Positions 35,204-45,372 of a stretch of 64,000 bases of DNA are shown piece after piece. Numbering within the stretch: position 1 is the first letter of the stretch; each line of letters opens with the position of its first letter. Made by a program: the position numbers and the translations under genes. This DNA comes from an uncultured Myxococcales bacterium (GTDB lineage: Bacteria > Myxococcota_A > Polyangia > HGW-17 > SLPX01): assembly GCA_964539505.1 (NCBI GenBank), contig CAZIJS010000003.1:305-64304 (forward strand), given 5' to 3'. The notes beneath the pieces are model-generated. The model had not been told where the DNA came from. It did no database searches and was given only the letters and a program-made list of their open reading frames with translations.

Positions 35204-37684
35204 GTGGTGTCCGAACAGACGAAGAGCGTTGGAAGTATGGTTGTGATTGGCCCTATGCGCCGAGCATGGATCGCCGCTTTGCTCCTGGCCATGGTGGTTG
35301 TTTTGCCAGGGTCTGGCTGCGGCAAAGATCAGAGCAGGTCCCAAGGGGCGGGAGCAGGAAAGCAGACTACCCGTGAGCCGACGAGGCCGCGGGGCCGGGC
35401 CTCGACAGCGGGCAGGACCGGGCAACCCAGACCCACTTCGTCGGCGCGACCACAAGCACCAGTGAGCATGGCGGGTTATGAGCCGGCCTATTCTTTCCTG
35501 GTAAACAGGGTGTCGGCCTACCAGTATCGAGGCGACACCCTGATCGCGGCAGCTTCTGGACCGCAGTTCGCCAAGTTCGTAGACGGCTCCTGGAAAAACC
35601 CCTGGGCCATCGGGCAGACCGTCCGGGCCCCCGCTCAGAATGGCAAACAGGCCCAGACGCTGTCCGTTGCCCTGGTGTCCGGGCTTGCAGGCACCTTGGT
35701 GTTGCCATACTGGAGCCCGGAAAAGGACGCCCACCTCGACGCAGAACTGGTCACCTGGGCGCAGGGCCAGTACGTCACCGTGATGGTCAATGGAAAGACC
35801 CTGCGTTCCATGCCCCTGGCCCAGGGCGTCAGCCACCTGGTCCTGGATGTGCCGGCCGCTCACTTGAAAACAGGGGACAACCTCGTTCGTTTCGTGTTCC
35901 GCAAGGCCCAGGTGGTGTCTGGGACCAAGGCGGTCTCTGGTCTGATTTCGGGCATGGGCCCGCGTCGGGCTCGTGGTGCCCAGCGCTCGGCCGCCGGGTT
36001 TGTTTCAGTGACCTGGGGTCCCAAGGGGGAAGCGGTCGTCCGAAAGCCCCCGGTATCTTTCCGGTCGGGGGCTCTGGACATGGATGCCCATGGCCGCCTC
36101 GATTTCTATCTCTCCGTTCCAAAAGAAGGAGCCAGGTTGTCGGTGTCGGTGCGCAGTGAGGCTCCATCGGACCTGAAAATCATGGTCCAAGCCGACGGGT
36201 CGGGCAGGACCGAGCTGAAACGCATCTCCACGGCGGGATCACGCAGCGATTCGGCGGTGGACCTGTCGGCCTATGCGGGCAAGGCGATCCGGCTCGAACT
36301 GGTTGCCGGGGACGAGCCGTTGCATATTTTGGATGCCGGGCTCTACACGAAGAAACGAACCCCTGTCACCTGGACCAAAAAGCCGGTCGAGTATGTGTTT
36401 ATTTGGGTGGCCGACACCTTGAGAAGGGATGCCGTGCATTGTTTGGGGGGCAAGGGGGTCAAGACTCCGAACTTCGATGCATTCTGCAAACGCGCGTTGG
36501 TCTTTACCCAGGCGACCGCCCCTGGAAACCATTCCATGCCCAGCCACGCCTCGTTCATCTCCGGTCTCTATCCTCCGGTGCATGGATTTGTTCGCGCCAA
36601 GCGCCGCATGCCGCAAAATGTTCCGTTCATTTACGAACTTTTCAAGAAAGCCGGTTGGGTGACGGCCCTGTTTTCCTCGAACGGCTATGTGTCGGATCAC
36701 TGGGGATTCGCCAGGGGGCTCGATAAATATACAAACTTCATCCGGGAGAACAAGGCGAACGCATCGAAGTATCTCTGGGGGGCTGCCAAGCGGTGGCTCA
36801 AGGGACGACTCGGCAAGAAGGTGTTTGCCTACCTTGCCACCATCGATCCCCACGTGACCTATGATCCGCCCACTGCCATGCTCAAGCTCTATTACCCAGA
36901 ACCGTATTCCGGCCCCATTCCGCGCCGGGTCACTGGTTTTTACCTCGAAAAAATCATCCGAGGCGTCATCAAGGTGGATGATCCCAAGGACCGCAAGTAC
37001 CTCAAAGCGCTCTACTTGGGAGAGGTCACATACAACGACGAGTGGTTCGGCCATTTCCTGTCGGACTTGAAAAAAATGGGGATCGCGGACAAATCGGTGG
37101 TGTTCCTGGTGGCGGACCATGGAGACCAGTTCTGGGAGCATGGGTCGGTGGGCCACGGCAAGCATCTCTACGAAGAGGAGATCGCGGTTCCCCTCATGGT
37201 TTGGTGGCCAGGTCTGGAGGCGCAGCCGCCACGGTTCACCTGGGACGCCGAGGCCATCGACATCCTGCCCACGGCCCTGGATTTGGCCGGGTTGCCTCAG
37301 GACCCAAGGGCACAGGGGGCTTCGTTGTTGCGCCTGGCCAGGATGACCCACGTGCCTGCCATGCTCTCGGCCTTTTCATACAACGACCGGCGGAGCCGTT
37401 CGGTGCGCCTGGGGCGATACAAGTTGATTGCCCACAGCCCTTCGCGGATGCTTCTCTTCGACCTCGACAAGGATCCCCACGAGACGAAGAACCTCAAGAC
37501 CGCGGCGCCCATCGCTTTGCGGCTGGTACGCACGGCGTTTTCCCTGCAAAACGCCTATCTCGATATCTGGAAGAAGAGTTTGTTCGGCGAGGCCTCGAAT
37601 CTGATGGAAGGCTTTTGGACCAAGGGCCCGGGCGCCCAAACGCTGGCCGGATCCAGGACCGCAAGCCGTTCTGGGGCCAGATAG
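35204..37684 (+). CDS. Lipoprotein with a C-terminal sulfatase-like (alkaline phosphatase superfamily) domain
   Basis: GTG at 35204 behind AGGAGGTGA. Lipobox VVLPGSGC. Sulfatase-like motifs: VFIWVADTLRRD, APGNHSMPSHASFISGLYP, FLVADHGDQFWEHG. The start is uncertain within 35114-35255. Confidence 0.75.
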   Translation: MVSEQTKSVGSMVVIGPMRRAWIAALLLAMVVVLPGSGCGKDQSRSQGAGAGKQTTREPTRPRGRASTAGRTGQPRPTSSARPQAPVSMAGYEPAYSFLVNRVSAYQYRGDTLIAAASGPQFAKFVDGSWKNPWAIGQTVRAPAQNGKQAQTLSVALVSGLAGTLVLPYWSPEKDAHLDAELVTWAQGQYVTVMVNGKTLRSMPLAQGVSHLVLDVPAAHLKTGDNLVRFVFRKAQVVSGTKAVSGLISGMGPRRARGAQRSAAGFVSVTWGPKGEAVVRKPPVSFRSGALDMDAHGRLDFYLSVPKEGARLSVSVRSEAPSDLKIMVQADGSGRTELKRISTAGSRSDSAVDLSAYAGKAIRLELVAGDEPLHILDAGLYTKKRTPVTWTKKPVEYVFIWVADTLRRDAVHCLGGKGVKTPNFDAFCKRALVFTQATAPGNHSMPSHASFISGLYPPVHGFVRAKRRMPQNVPFIYELFKKAGWVTALFSSNGYVSDHWGFARGLDKYTNFIRENKANASKYLWGAAKRWLKGRLGKKVFAYLATIDPHVTYDPPTAMLKLYYPEPYSGPIPRRVTGFYLEKIIRGVIKVDDPKDRKYLKALYLGEVTYNDEWFGHFLSDLKKMGIADKSVVFLVADHGDQFWEHGSVGHGKHLYEEEIAVPLMVWWPGLEAQPPRFTWDAEAIDILPTALDLAGLPQDPRAQGASLLRLARMTHVPAMLSAFSYNDRRSRSVRLGRYKLIAHSPSRMLLFDLDKDPHETKNLKTAAPIALRLVRTAFSLQNAYLDIWKKSLFGEASNLMEGFWTKGPGAQTLAGSRTASRSGAR

Positions 37685-37769
37685 ACCGGAGATGTGGGGG
37701 AGGCGCAAACGGCACAGCCCCCAAGCCTTGCAGCAACCGAAGCATTACTACGCTCGATAGGAGTCTTTC

Positions 37770-39155
37770 GTGCCGAGACGTTACGACACCCTGGTCCTGG
37801 GCGCCGGGCCCGCGGGCCAGAGGGCGGCATTGGAACTGGCACGACACCAGCGCAAGGTGGCCCTGGTGGAAGCTCGAAATGTGCTGGGTGGCGTTTGCCT
37901 GCACGAGGGCACCATCCCCAGCAAGGCGCTGCGCACCGCGATCCTCTATCTCTCCGGCCGCAGGCAGCGCATGCTCACAGGTTCGGTGGCCTGGCCCAAA
38001 CAACGCCTTTCTGGAGAACTGCTGGCCGAGCATGTCGAGCGGGTCATCGAGCGTGAACTCACGGTGATCCATCGTCTCATGGAGCGTCATGGGGTGGCTG
38101 TGCTCCATGGCAGAGCGAGATTTCTGTCCAACCACGAGGTGATCCTGGACGAAACGCAGCGCCTGGAGGCCGAGTCCTTTGTGATCGCCGTGGGCAGCAA
38201 GGCCCGGCGTTTCCAGGGGGTCCCTTACGATGACGAGCAGGTGATCGATTCCGACCAGCTCTATTCGGTGCTCGCAGAACTGCCCGAGAGACTCACCATC
38301 GTGGGCGCGGGCGTGGTGGGCATGGAATATGCGTCCATGCTGGCCCTGGCCGGCTATGAAGTCTGCCTGGTCAACCACAGACCGAAGGCCCTGGGATTCG
38401 TGGATCAGGACCTGGTCGCCGTCTGCCTGGAGGCATTCGAGCAAGAGGGCGGCAGATTCATGGCGCCGGCGAGGGTCACATCGGTCCTGCCGGCGGGAGG
38501 GGACGTGACCCTGGAGTTTGCAGACGGAAGCCGAATGGCTCAAGACCTGGTCATGTATGCCGTGGGGCGCGAGGCAGCGCTGGTGGGGCTGGGCCTGGAC
38601 CAGGCAGGGGTGACGGTGGATCGAGGCTGCATCGTGGTGGATGACCACTACCAGACGAGTCAACCCAACATCGTGGCGGCGGGAGACGTGATCGGGCCGC
38701 CCAGTCTCGCGTCCACTTCCAGGGAGCAGGGGCGCCTGGCTGCCCGGTCGCTCCTGGATGTGCCGGCCAGACCCCTACCAGCCGAGTCGATTCCCTACGG
38801 GATATACACCATTCCAGAAATCGCCTGGGTCGGAGCCACCGAACAGTCCCTTGGTGTCATGGGGCAGGATGTCGTGGTGGGCCGTGCTTCTTATTCGGAA
38901 CTGGCCAAGGGGGAGATGCTTGGAGACGATTCGGGCTTTTTGAAACTCCTGTTCCATCCCGAGTCGAGACGACTCATCGGCGCCGGGATGGTGGGCACGG
39001 ATGCCTCGGAGGTGATCCACCTGGCCAAGGTCATGGTGGACCGGGGAGCCTCGCTCGACGATCTCTTGTCGGACGTGTTCAACTATCCAACCCTGGCCGA
39101 GGCCTACAAGGTGGCGGCCATGGATGCGGAGGTGCGGTTTGATGAAGGCGCCTGA
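37770..39155 (+). CDS. sthA: Soluble pyridine nucleotide transhydrogenase (Si-specific), SthA-like flavoprotein
   Basis: Motifs: LVLGAGPAGQRAA and GGVCLHEGTIPSKALR. The latter has a single Cys with Thr replacing the second redox Cys, as in SthA rather than Lpd. A second dinucleotide fold is present (LTIVGAGVVGMEYA). Confidence 0.8.
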   Translation: MPRRYDTLVLGAGPAGQRAALELARHQRKVALVEARNVLGGVCLHEGTIPSKALRTAILYLSGRRQRMLTGSVAWPKQRLSGELLAEHVERVIERELTVIHRLMERHGVAVLHGRARFLSNHEVILDETQRLEAESFVIAVGSKARRFQGVPYDDEQVIDSDQLYSVLAELPERLTIVGAGVVGMEYASMLALAGYEVCLVNHRPKALGFVDQDLVAVCLEAFEQEGGRFMAPARVTSVLPAGGDVTLEFADGSRMAQDLVMYAVGREAALVGLGLDQAGVTVDRGCIVVDDHYQTSQPNIVAAGDVIGPPSLASTSREQGRLAARSLLDVPARPLPAESIPYGIYTIPEIAWVGATEQSLGVMGQDVVVGRASYSELAKGEMLGDDSGFLKLLFHPESRRLIGAGMVGTDASEVIHLAKVMVDRGASLDDLLSDVFNYPTLAEAYKVAAMDAEVRFDEGA

Positions 39156-42100
39156 CGTAAACAAGGAACTGGAGCTCAAGAGTCGCTACGGCATGCAGCT
39201 CGAGGAGTTCTCCGCCCTGATGGAACATCGGATCAGGGACATCCTGATCGTGGCTTCTCCCTACAGTGCCTTTATTCTCGAGGAAGACGGGCAGCTTACC
39301 GAACTCATCTTCGAAGAGTATCGAAACCTGGACCTCAACATGCGCTACGTCCCCAGGTTCCATCGCGCCTCCTCGGCGACGGAGGCTCTGGCCATGTTGG
39401 AGTCTCACCGGGTCGATCTTCTGGTCACCACCGCCCGGATTGGGGACATGAGCGTTTCTGAGTTTGTCGGCGAGGCCAAGCGGCGCAAGGACATCCCTGT
39501 CAGCGCCCTGGCAGCCCATGCCTGGGAATTGCCGGAGCTGCTCGGATTGGCCGACAGCGGGCTGGCCGACTTCGTGTTCCTCTGGCAGGGCGACGTGAAG
39601 GTCTTGCTGGCCATGGTCAAGCAGATCGAAGATCGGCTCAACGCGCCTCACGATATACTCGACGGCGGGGTCCAGGTCATCGTGGTGGTGGAAGACGAGG
39701 TGCGGTACTATTCGGTCTTTTTGCCTCTGGTCTACACCGAGGTCACCACGCAGACCGCGCGACTCATGGGAGAAGGGCTCAACCTTCCTCACCGCCTGCT
39801 TCGTATCCGGGCAAGGCCCAAGATACTCCTGGCGCGCAATTACGAGGAGGCCATTGATTTTCTCGACCAGTATGGTGGCAGCCTCCTTGGGCTCATCAGT
39901 GACGTGAGTTTTCCGAAAAACGGCAAGATGGACGATGCGGCGGGCCCGGCCCTGGTGGAGCACGTGCGCCGGTTGCACAAGGATGTTCCCGTGCTGTTGC
40001 AGTCCACCGAGTCGAGACATGCAGATCTCAGCGATCGGCTCGGGGTCAGTTTCCTGTCCAAGCAGAGTTCGAATCTGCTCGAAGAGATCCGGCGCTTCAT
40101 GATAGAGCACTTCGGGTTCGGCGACTTTTTGTTTCGCATGCCCGACGGCACGGAGGTGGCCAGGGCCAAGGATCTGCGCAGCCTCGTGCAGGTCCTCGAG
40201 ACGGTACCGGACGAATCCATCGAGTTTCATGCCACTCGGAATCACTTTTCGGCCTGGCTCAAGGCCCGCTGCGAGTTCGAACTGGCCTCCATGATCCGTC
40301 CCGTCGGGATCGAGGCCTTCCGAAGCATCTCGGAACTGCGCCATCATCTCATCGTGGTGTTTACGTCCTATCTCAGGGAGGTCCAACGCCACATTATCGT
40401 GGATTTCGACCGGGAACGGTTCGACCAGTTCGTCATTTTTTCGCGGATCGGACAGGGCTCGCTGGGAGGAAAGGGCAGGGGGCTGGCCTTTGTCAACAAG
40501 CTCCTGGCCCAGGACCCCGTGGATCTTCCGGGCGTTCACGTGACCATTCCCCAGACGGTGGTCTTGTCCTCGGAAGTGTTCGAAGAATTTCTCGAGAAAA
40601 ACAGCCTTCAGGATTTTCCTTCCATTGCCCAGGGCATGGAAGACGGAGAAATTCTGGATGCCCTCAGGAGGGGACGGTTCCCTCGATCTCTTCGTGCAGA
40701 CCTGGCAGCGCTTCTGCGCCGGATCGGCGAGCCCCTGGCCGTGAGATCTTCCTCCATCCTCGAGGATTCGCTCTATCAGCCCTTTGCCGGGGTCTATGCC
40801 ACGGTGATGCTTCCCAACAGCCATCCATCCCTGGATGTGCGGCTTGCCCAGTTGCTCGAGGCCATCAAGGTGGTCTATGCGTCGACCTACTACAAGGCTG
40901 CCAGAGACTATCTGGGCACCACACCCCATCGAGTGGAAGAAGAACGCATGGCCGTGCTCATCCAGCGCCTGGTGGGCAGCAGGCGGGGCACGCGGTTCTA
41001 TCCCTCCTTTTCCGGGGTGGCCTCGTCGTACAACTTCTATCCGTTCGGAGGCGTCCGTCCCGAAGACGGGGTGGCCTTGGTGGCGGCGGGCCTTGGAAAG
41101 TCCATCGTAGACGGGTTCGAGGCGCTTCGTTTCTCTCCTGCATATCCGAAGATCCTTCCCCAGTTTTCCTCGGTGAAAGACATTTTGGATAATGCGCAGC
41201 GCAAGTTCTACGCCTTGGACTTGGATCGATCGGATCTCATTCCAGGAAAGGACGTGGATGCGAGTCTGTTGCGACTCTCCACCGTGGAGGCGGTCAGAGA
41301 CGGGGCTGCCGACCAGATGGTATCGACGTACCTGCCGGACAACGACGCCATCACCACGGGATTTCGCAAGGGCGGCAGCCCGCTCATCACCTTCGACCCC
41401 ATTTTGAAGGGACGCGCCTTCCCCCTGGCCGAACAGCTCGGCAAGCTCTTGGAACTGTCCCAGCGTGGGTTCGGAACGCCGGTGGAGATCGAATTTGCGG
41501 TGGATTTCCAAAGACCGCTTCGCGACCCCCAGCCGTTTCACGTGCTCCAGGTGCGGCCCATGGTGTCGGCCAGGTCCGTTCAGGAAATTTCGATCACAGC
41601 CGAGGATGTCGAGCAATCCCTGGTCTATTCGAAGCAGACCCTTGGACATGGTCACAGCGGGGAGATCCACGACGTCATCTTCATCGATCCCGAGAGTTTT
41701 CCACGCAACAAGACGGAATACGCAGTCCAGGTCATCCAAGACATCAACGACGCATTGCGCGAGGAAGGGCGCCATAGTTTGCTCATCGGGCCGGGCCGTT
41801 GGGGGTCGCGCGATCCCTGGTTGGGCATCCCGGTGGACTGGTCCCAAATTTCCATGGCCCGAGCCATCGTGGAGGCGGATTTTTCAGACCTTCAGGTGGA
41901 ACCTTCCCAGGGCTCGCATTTTTTCCACAACCTCACCTGCTTCGGCGTGGCCTATTTCCACGCGCACCAGAGGGCCTCGGCGAAGATCGACCTGGAATGG
42001 TTCCGCGGGCGCAGGGCGCTGCGCAGTGAGCTGGATGGGTCCATTCGCTGGCTGCGGCTGGATCGTGCCTTGGAAGCCAAGGTAGACGGGGCCAAGGGGG

Positions 42101-42156
42101 TGGGAGTGGTTCTGGAGAGGCGGCCCCAGATCGCTTCTTTGGAGATATCATCGTAG
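39142..42156 (+). CDS. PEP/pyruvate-binding (PPDK_N ATP-grasp) domain protein with N-terminal receiver-like domains
   Basis: Motifs: IGQGSLGGKGRGLAFV, LAVRSSSILEDS, FAGVYAT, FHVLQVRPM. The N-terminal CheY-like segments lack a clear acceptor Asp (VDLLVTTARIGDMS). The ATG at 39142 sits behind GGAGGTG and overlaps the sthA stop. Confidence 0.8.
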   Translation: MKAPDVNKELELKSRYGMQLEEFSALMEHRIRDILIVASPYSAFILEEDGQLTELIFEEYRNLDLNMRYVPRFHRASSATEALAMLESHRVDLLVTTARIGDMSVSEFVGEAKRRKDIPVSALAAHAWELPELLGLADSGLADFVFLWQGDVKVLLAMVKQIEDRLNAPHDILDGGVQVIVVVEDEVRYYSVFLPLVYTEVTTQTARLMGEGLNLPHRLLRIRARPKILLARNYEEAIDFLDQYGGSLLGLISDVSFPKNGKMDDAAGPALVEHVRRLHKDVPVLLQSTESRHADLSDRLGVSFLSKQSSNLLEEIRRFMIEHFGFGDFLFRMPDGTEVARAKDLRSLVQVLETVPDESIEFHATRNHFSAWLKARCEFELASMIRPVGIEAFRSISELRHHLIVVFTSYLREVQRHIIVDFDRERFDQFVIFSRIGQGSLGGKGRGLAFVNKLLAQDPVDLPGVHVTIPQTVVLSSEVFEEFLEKNSLQDFPSIAQGMEDGEILDALRRGRFPRSLRADLAALLRRIGEPLAVRSSSILEDSLYQPFAGVYATVMLPNSHPSLDVRLAQLLEAIKVVYASTYYKAARDYLGTTPHRVEEERMAVLIQRLVGSRRGTRFYPSFSGVASSYNFYPFGGVRPEDGVALVAAGLGKSIVDGFEALRFSPAYPKILPQFSSVKDILDNAQRKFYALDLDRSDLIPGKDVDASLLRLSTVEAVRDGAADQMVSTYLPDNDAITTGFRKGGSPLITFDPILKGRAFPLAEQLGKLLELSQRGFGTPVEIEFAVDFQRPLRDPQPFHVLQVRPMVSARSVQEISITAEDVEQSLVYSKQTLGHGHSGEIHDVIFIDPESFPRNKTEYAVQVIQDINDALREEGRHSLLIGPGRWGSRDPWLGIPVDWSQISMARAIVEADFSDLQVEPSQGSHFFHNLTCFGVAYFHAHQRASAKIDLEWFRGRRALRSELDGSIRWLRLDRALEAKVDGAKGVGVVLERRPQIASLEISS

Positions 42157-42339
42157 ACACCGCATTGCTTCGTCTTCTTGTCGCTGGTTGTGTCGGTTCG
42201 GCGCCGCGCAACGTGTTTTCCTGTCGATGTCAGCCACAAGATCGTTGTATCCCTTCCTGTCTCGCAGTAGGCTTTCCCTGCGTGTCACAGACGAGACGTG
42301 ATGGTTCCGATGAGCTATACGGGCTCGGGAGGTCGTCTC

Positions 42340-44124
42340 ATGCATTCCCTTCCCGGTTCTTACCGAAGATTCTTTTCCCTCGCTCAGCAACACGTCCCCC
42401 GATGGGCCCATGCGGTGGTCTTGCTGGTCGTTGCATCGACGATGGTCCTCGTCTCTTCCTGCGGGGACTCGGGTGGACGTTCCAGCGGGCGGGACGGGGC
42501 GGCGCGAGACGCTGCCGGGGATGGGGCGGTGGCCTGGGATGCCCGGTTGGATGCCGGTGACACGCAGAGCGATGCCCAGGTCTCGGACGCAAGTCCCGGC
42601 CTGGATGCCGCAGCCTGCCATGGACCGGCGGACTGCGACGACGGCAATGCCTGCACGGCGGACGACTGTGACGGACAGGGCGTCTGCCGGCATCGAGAAA
42701 CCTGTTGTGACAACGGGCTCGACGACGACGGGGATGGGTCTGCCGATTGCAGCGATCCGAATTGTGCCGAGGCGTCCAATTGCACCGAATGTGCTCCGGT
42801 GTCGCCGCCAGATCCCATTGCCGATGCGCCCCTTCCCGACGAAAACCCTCCAGGAACCTTCGAGACCGCCGTGGAAGGAGGGTTTCACGACGAATTCGTG
42901 TTCGACTCTTCGCATTATCTCAAGGTGGGCATCCGGAGAGAATGGGGCGGCAGCATCATTTTCTTCGGGATCGACCAGGGCCAGCCCGGCATGAACGGGA
43001 CCAACGCCATCGATGCCAACGACACGGGTCGCGAGGTCCAGGTGGCCTTCTACGACCCGGATCGAGCCATGCAGAACTGTGCCTGGAACGCGAGCTGTGC
43101 CAGCGCTGCAACCCAGTGCGAAAACTCCATCACGTTCCTGGGCTGGAACCCGGTCCAGGGTGGGAATCGTTGCAACCGCGGCTCTGGTGTCGAGTCCGTG
43201 GACAAGTCCGACGGGCGGCTCACGGTCACCACGAACCCTCTTTTCTGGAATCCCGACTGGGATCGACAGGATTGCGACAGCAGCGGTTGCAGCGATCCCA
43301 ACTTGCGGGAGCGTCGTTCGGACGTGCGGGTGATCCAGCGCATTCGGTTCGTCAGGACCCATATCGTGGAACTCGACTATACTGTGATCAACCTGTCCGG
43401 TCTCGACCATCGCGCCACGGCCCAGGAGATGCCCACGGTCTACACGGCCAACGGCAACCAGGGGCCGGACCTCTGGCGCCTGTTCAACTCCGACAGGACC
43501 GAGATCCCCATCGACCAGGGCGGCAACGACGGGTTCCACTACAAGAACTTTGCCAGCCCCGGCGGTTGGGCCGCCATGCAAAACAACGATCTGACCTATG
43601 GCGTGGGCCTCTCGGTGGAAAATCGCAACCAGCAATGGCAGGCCTGGCAGCTCCGCAGCCTTCCGTTCAACAATTTCAGACCCCTGCCTGTTTTCGGCAT
43701 CCCCGCCAACGCAACGGTTCGCGCCAGGAGCTATCTCATCCTGGGGGATCTGGACACGATTCAGGCCAATGCCCAGTGGCTCGACGGTCACCTGGCGCCC
43801 TTCGGTGTGATGGACGAGCCGGTGGCAGACGCCACATTGTCGGGCCAGGTCCTGGTCCGGGGCTGGGCACTGGACAACAAGGGCGTGACCTCTCTGCAGC
43901 TCCTGGTGGACGGTGCCGCGGTGGGCACCCTGTCCTACGGCACGAGCCGTCCCGACGTCTGTCTCGTCTGGTCCGGGTATCCCCACTGCAACGACGTGGG
44001 CTACTCCGGGACTCTGGACACATCGGCACTGACACCTTGTCCCCACCTCATCGAGGTCCTGGCCATGGACAGCGACGGCAACAGTAGGATCATTGCTGCG
44101 CGACGTATTTTCGTGACCCGCTAG
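42340..44124 (+). CDS. Secreted lipoprotein, function unknown (Cys/Asp-rich N-region, C-terminal Ig-like domain)
   Basis: ATG at 42340 behind GGGAGG. Lipobox VLVSSCG. Contains CCDNGLDDDGDGSADCSDPNC. The C-terminal part reads LSGQVLVRGWALDNKGVTSLQLLVDG. Confidence 0.6.
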   Translation: MHSLPGSYRRFFSLAQQHVPRWAHAVVLLVVASTMVLVSSCGDSGGRSSGRDGAARDAAGDGAVAWDARLDAGDTQSDAQVSDASPGLDAAACHGPADCDDGNACTADDCDGQGVCRHRETCCDNGLDDDGDGSADCSDPNCAEASNCTECAPVSPPDPIADAPLPDENPPGTFETAVEGGFHDEFVFDSSHYLKVGIRREWGGSIIFFGIDQGQPGMNGTNAIDANDTGREVQVAFYDPDRAMQNCAWNASCASAATQCENSITFLGWNPVQGGNRCNRGSGVESVDKSDGRLTVTTNPLFWNPDWDRQDCDSSGCSDPNLRERRSDVRVIQRIRFVRTHIVELDYTVINLSGLDHRATAQEMPTVYTANGNQGPDLWRLFNSDRTEIPIDQGGNDGFHYKNFASPGGWAAMQNNDLTYGVGLSVENRNQQWQAWQLRSLPFNNFRPLPVFGIPANATVRARSYLILGDLDTIQANAQWLDGHLAPFGVMDEPVADATLSGQVLVRGWALDNKGVTSLQLLVDGAAVGTLSYGTSRPDVCLVWSGYPHCNDVGYSGTLDTSALTPCPHLIEVLAMDSDGNSRIIAARRIFVTR

Positions 44125-44133
44125 GAGCGAGAT

Positions 44134-45372
44134 GTGATCAGGCGCTTTTGCCTCTACGGATTTCTCAAAAACCAGCGCTACTTCGAACCCTTCTTGATCC
44201 TGGCCTTTCTGGACAAGGGCCTGGGCTTTGCCACCATCGGGCTCCTGGTTGCGGTCCGGGAAGGGACCACGAGTCTTCTGGAGATCCCCTCGGGCGCCCT
44301 GGCGGATCTTTGGGGCCGCAGGCGATCCATGGTCTTGTCCTTTGCCGCTTACGTGACGAGTTTTCTCCTGCTCGGTGCGGCGGACCGCTGGCTGTGGCTC
44401 GCTGCGGGCATGGTCCTCTTCGGCATTGGAGACGCCTTTCGTACCGGGACCCACAAGGCCATGATCCTGACCTGGCTCGAACGGGAAGGCCGGCTTTCGG
44501 AAAAGACGGCTGTGTATGGACAGACCAGGTCCTGGAGTAAGCTGGGGTCTGCGGCTTCCATCCCCATTTCAATGGCTGTCGTTTGGATCAGCGGTGACTA
44601 TCAGGCCGTGTTTTTCGTATCTGTGATTCCGGCTCTGGCAGACTTGGTCAACCTGGCCCTCTATCCGGCCTTCCTCGAAGGTCCCGCACAAGGGGCGGAT
44701 TTTGGAGCCGTCTGGCGCCACATGCGCGCTGCCCTCCTGGCTGCCCTCCAGTTGCATCCCCTCAGGAGGTTGGTGGCCGAATCCATGGGGTACGAAGGGT
44801 ACGTCAAGGTGGCCAAGGACTATCTCCAGCCCGTAGTCAAGGCAGTGGCTCTGGCCGCCGGTCTGGGCATGATCCTGCCCACGGGCCTGGACGAGCCGGC
44901 CAGGGTGGCCCTGCTTGCCGGTCCCTTGTATTTTCTCGTTCATATTCTATCGGCTGCCGCCAGCAGGGGCGCTGGGTGGTATTCGAATTGGGCGGGAGGA
45001 GACGAGGCTGCGGCCCGGAGGCTCTGGTCTGGCCTTGCGCTCCTCAGTGCCCTGCTGTTGCTCGCCAGCCTGGCCGGTTGGGCTGCCCTGTTTATCCTGG
45101 CCCTGGCAGCGGTGATCGTCCTCCAAAACCTGTGGCGGCCCCTGCTCGTGTCCCGGTTCCATCAGGTGGCCGCTTCGGATCAGGTGGCCACGGTCCTGTC
45201 CATCGAGAGCCAGGCCAAGAGCCTTTCGGGCATGGTCCTGGCCCCGCTTGTCGGCCTGGCCGTGGAACTGGCCGGCAATGGCACGATTCGGTTCTGGCCC
45301 GTGGCAGCCCTGGGCTTGTTGCTGGGCATCGGTTTTCGCGCCACTGCTCGCAGAGATGCGGCCCAGGGGTAG
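44134..45372 (+). CDS. MFS transporter
   Basis: GTG start behind AGGAG. About 12 hydrophobic helices. The loop 2-3 motif is GALADLWGRRRS. Confidence 0.8.
   Translation: MIRRFCLYGFLKNQRYFEPFLILAFLDKGLGFATIGLLVAVREGTTSLLEIPSGALADLWGRRRSMVLSFAAYVTSFLLLGAADRWLWLAAGMVLFGIGDAFRTGTHKAMILTWLEREGRLSEKTAVYGQTRSWSKLGSAASIPISMAVVWISGDYQAVFFVSVIPALADLVNLALYPAFLEGPAQGADFGAVWRHMRAALLAALQLHPLRRLVAESMGYEGYVKVAKDYLQPVVKAVALAAGLGMILPTGLDEPARVALLAGPLYFLVHILSAAASRGAGWYSNWAGGDEAAARRLWSGLALLSALLLLASLAGWAALFILALAAVIVLQNLWRPLLVSRFHQVAASDQVATVLSIESQAKSLSGMVLAPLVGLAVELAGNGTIRFWPVAALGLLLGIGFRATARRDAAQG

Noticed and set aside
39079-41847. A very long minus-strand ORF (922 aa), along with similar giants: 42148..44454(-), 45742..47277(-), 11273..13582(+), 47306..49180(-), 47230..49257(+), 30941..32140(-), 20499..21617(-) and 8255..9550(+).
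   Set aside because: Each lies antisense to, or in an alternative frame of, an ORF with clear domain motifs (PPDK_N protein, gdhA, thioredoxin-fold paralogs, ispG and others). Their translations are Arg/Gly/Pro/His-rich low-complexity strings. Long stop-free shadow frames are expected in GC-rich DNA.
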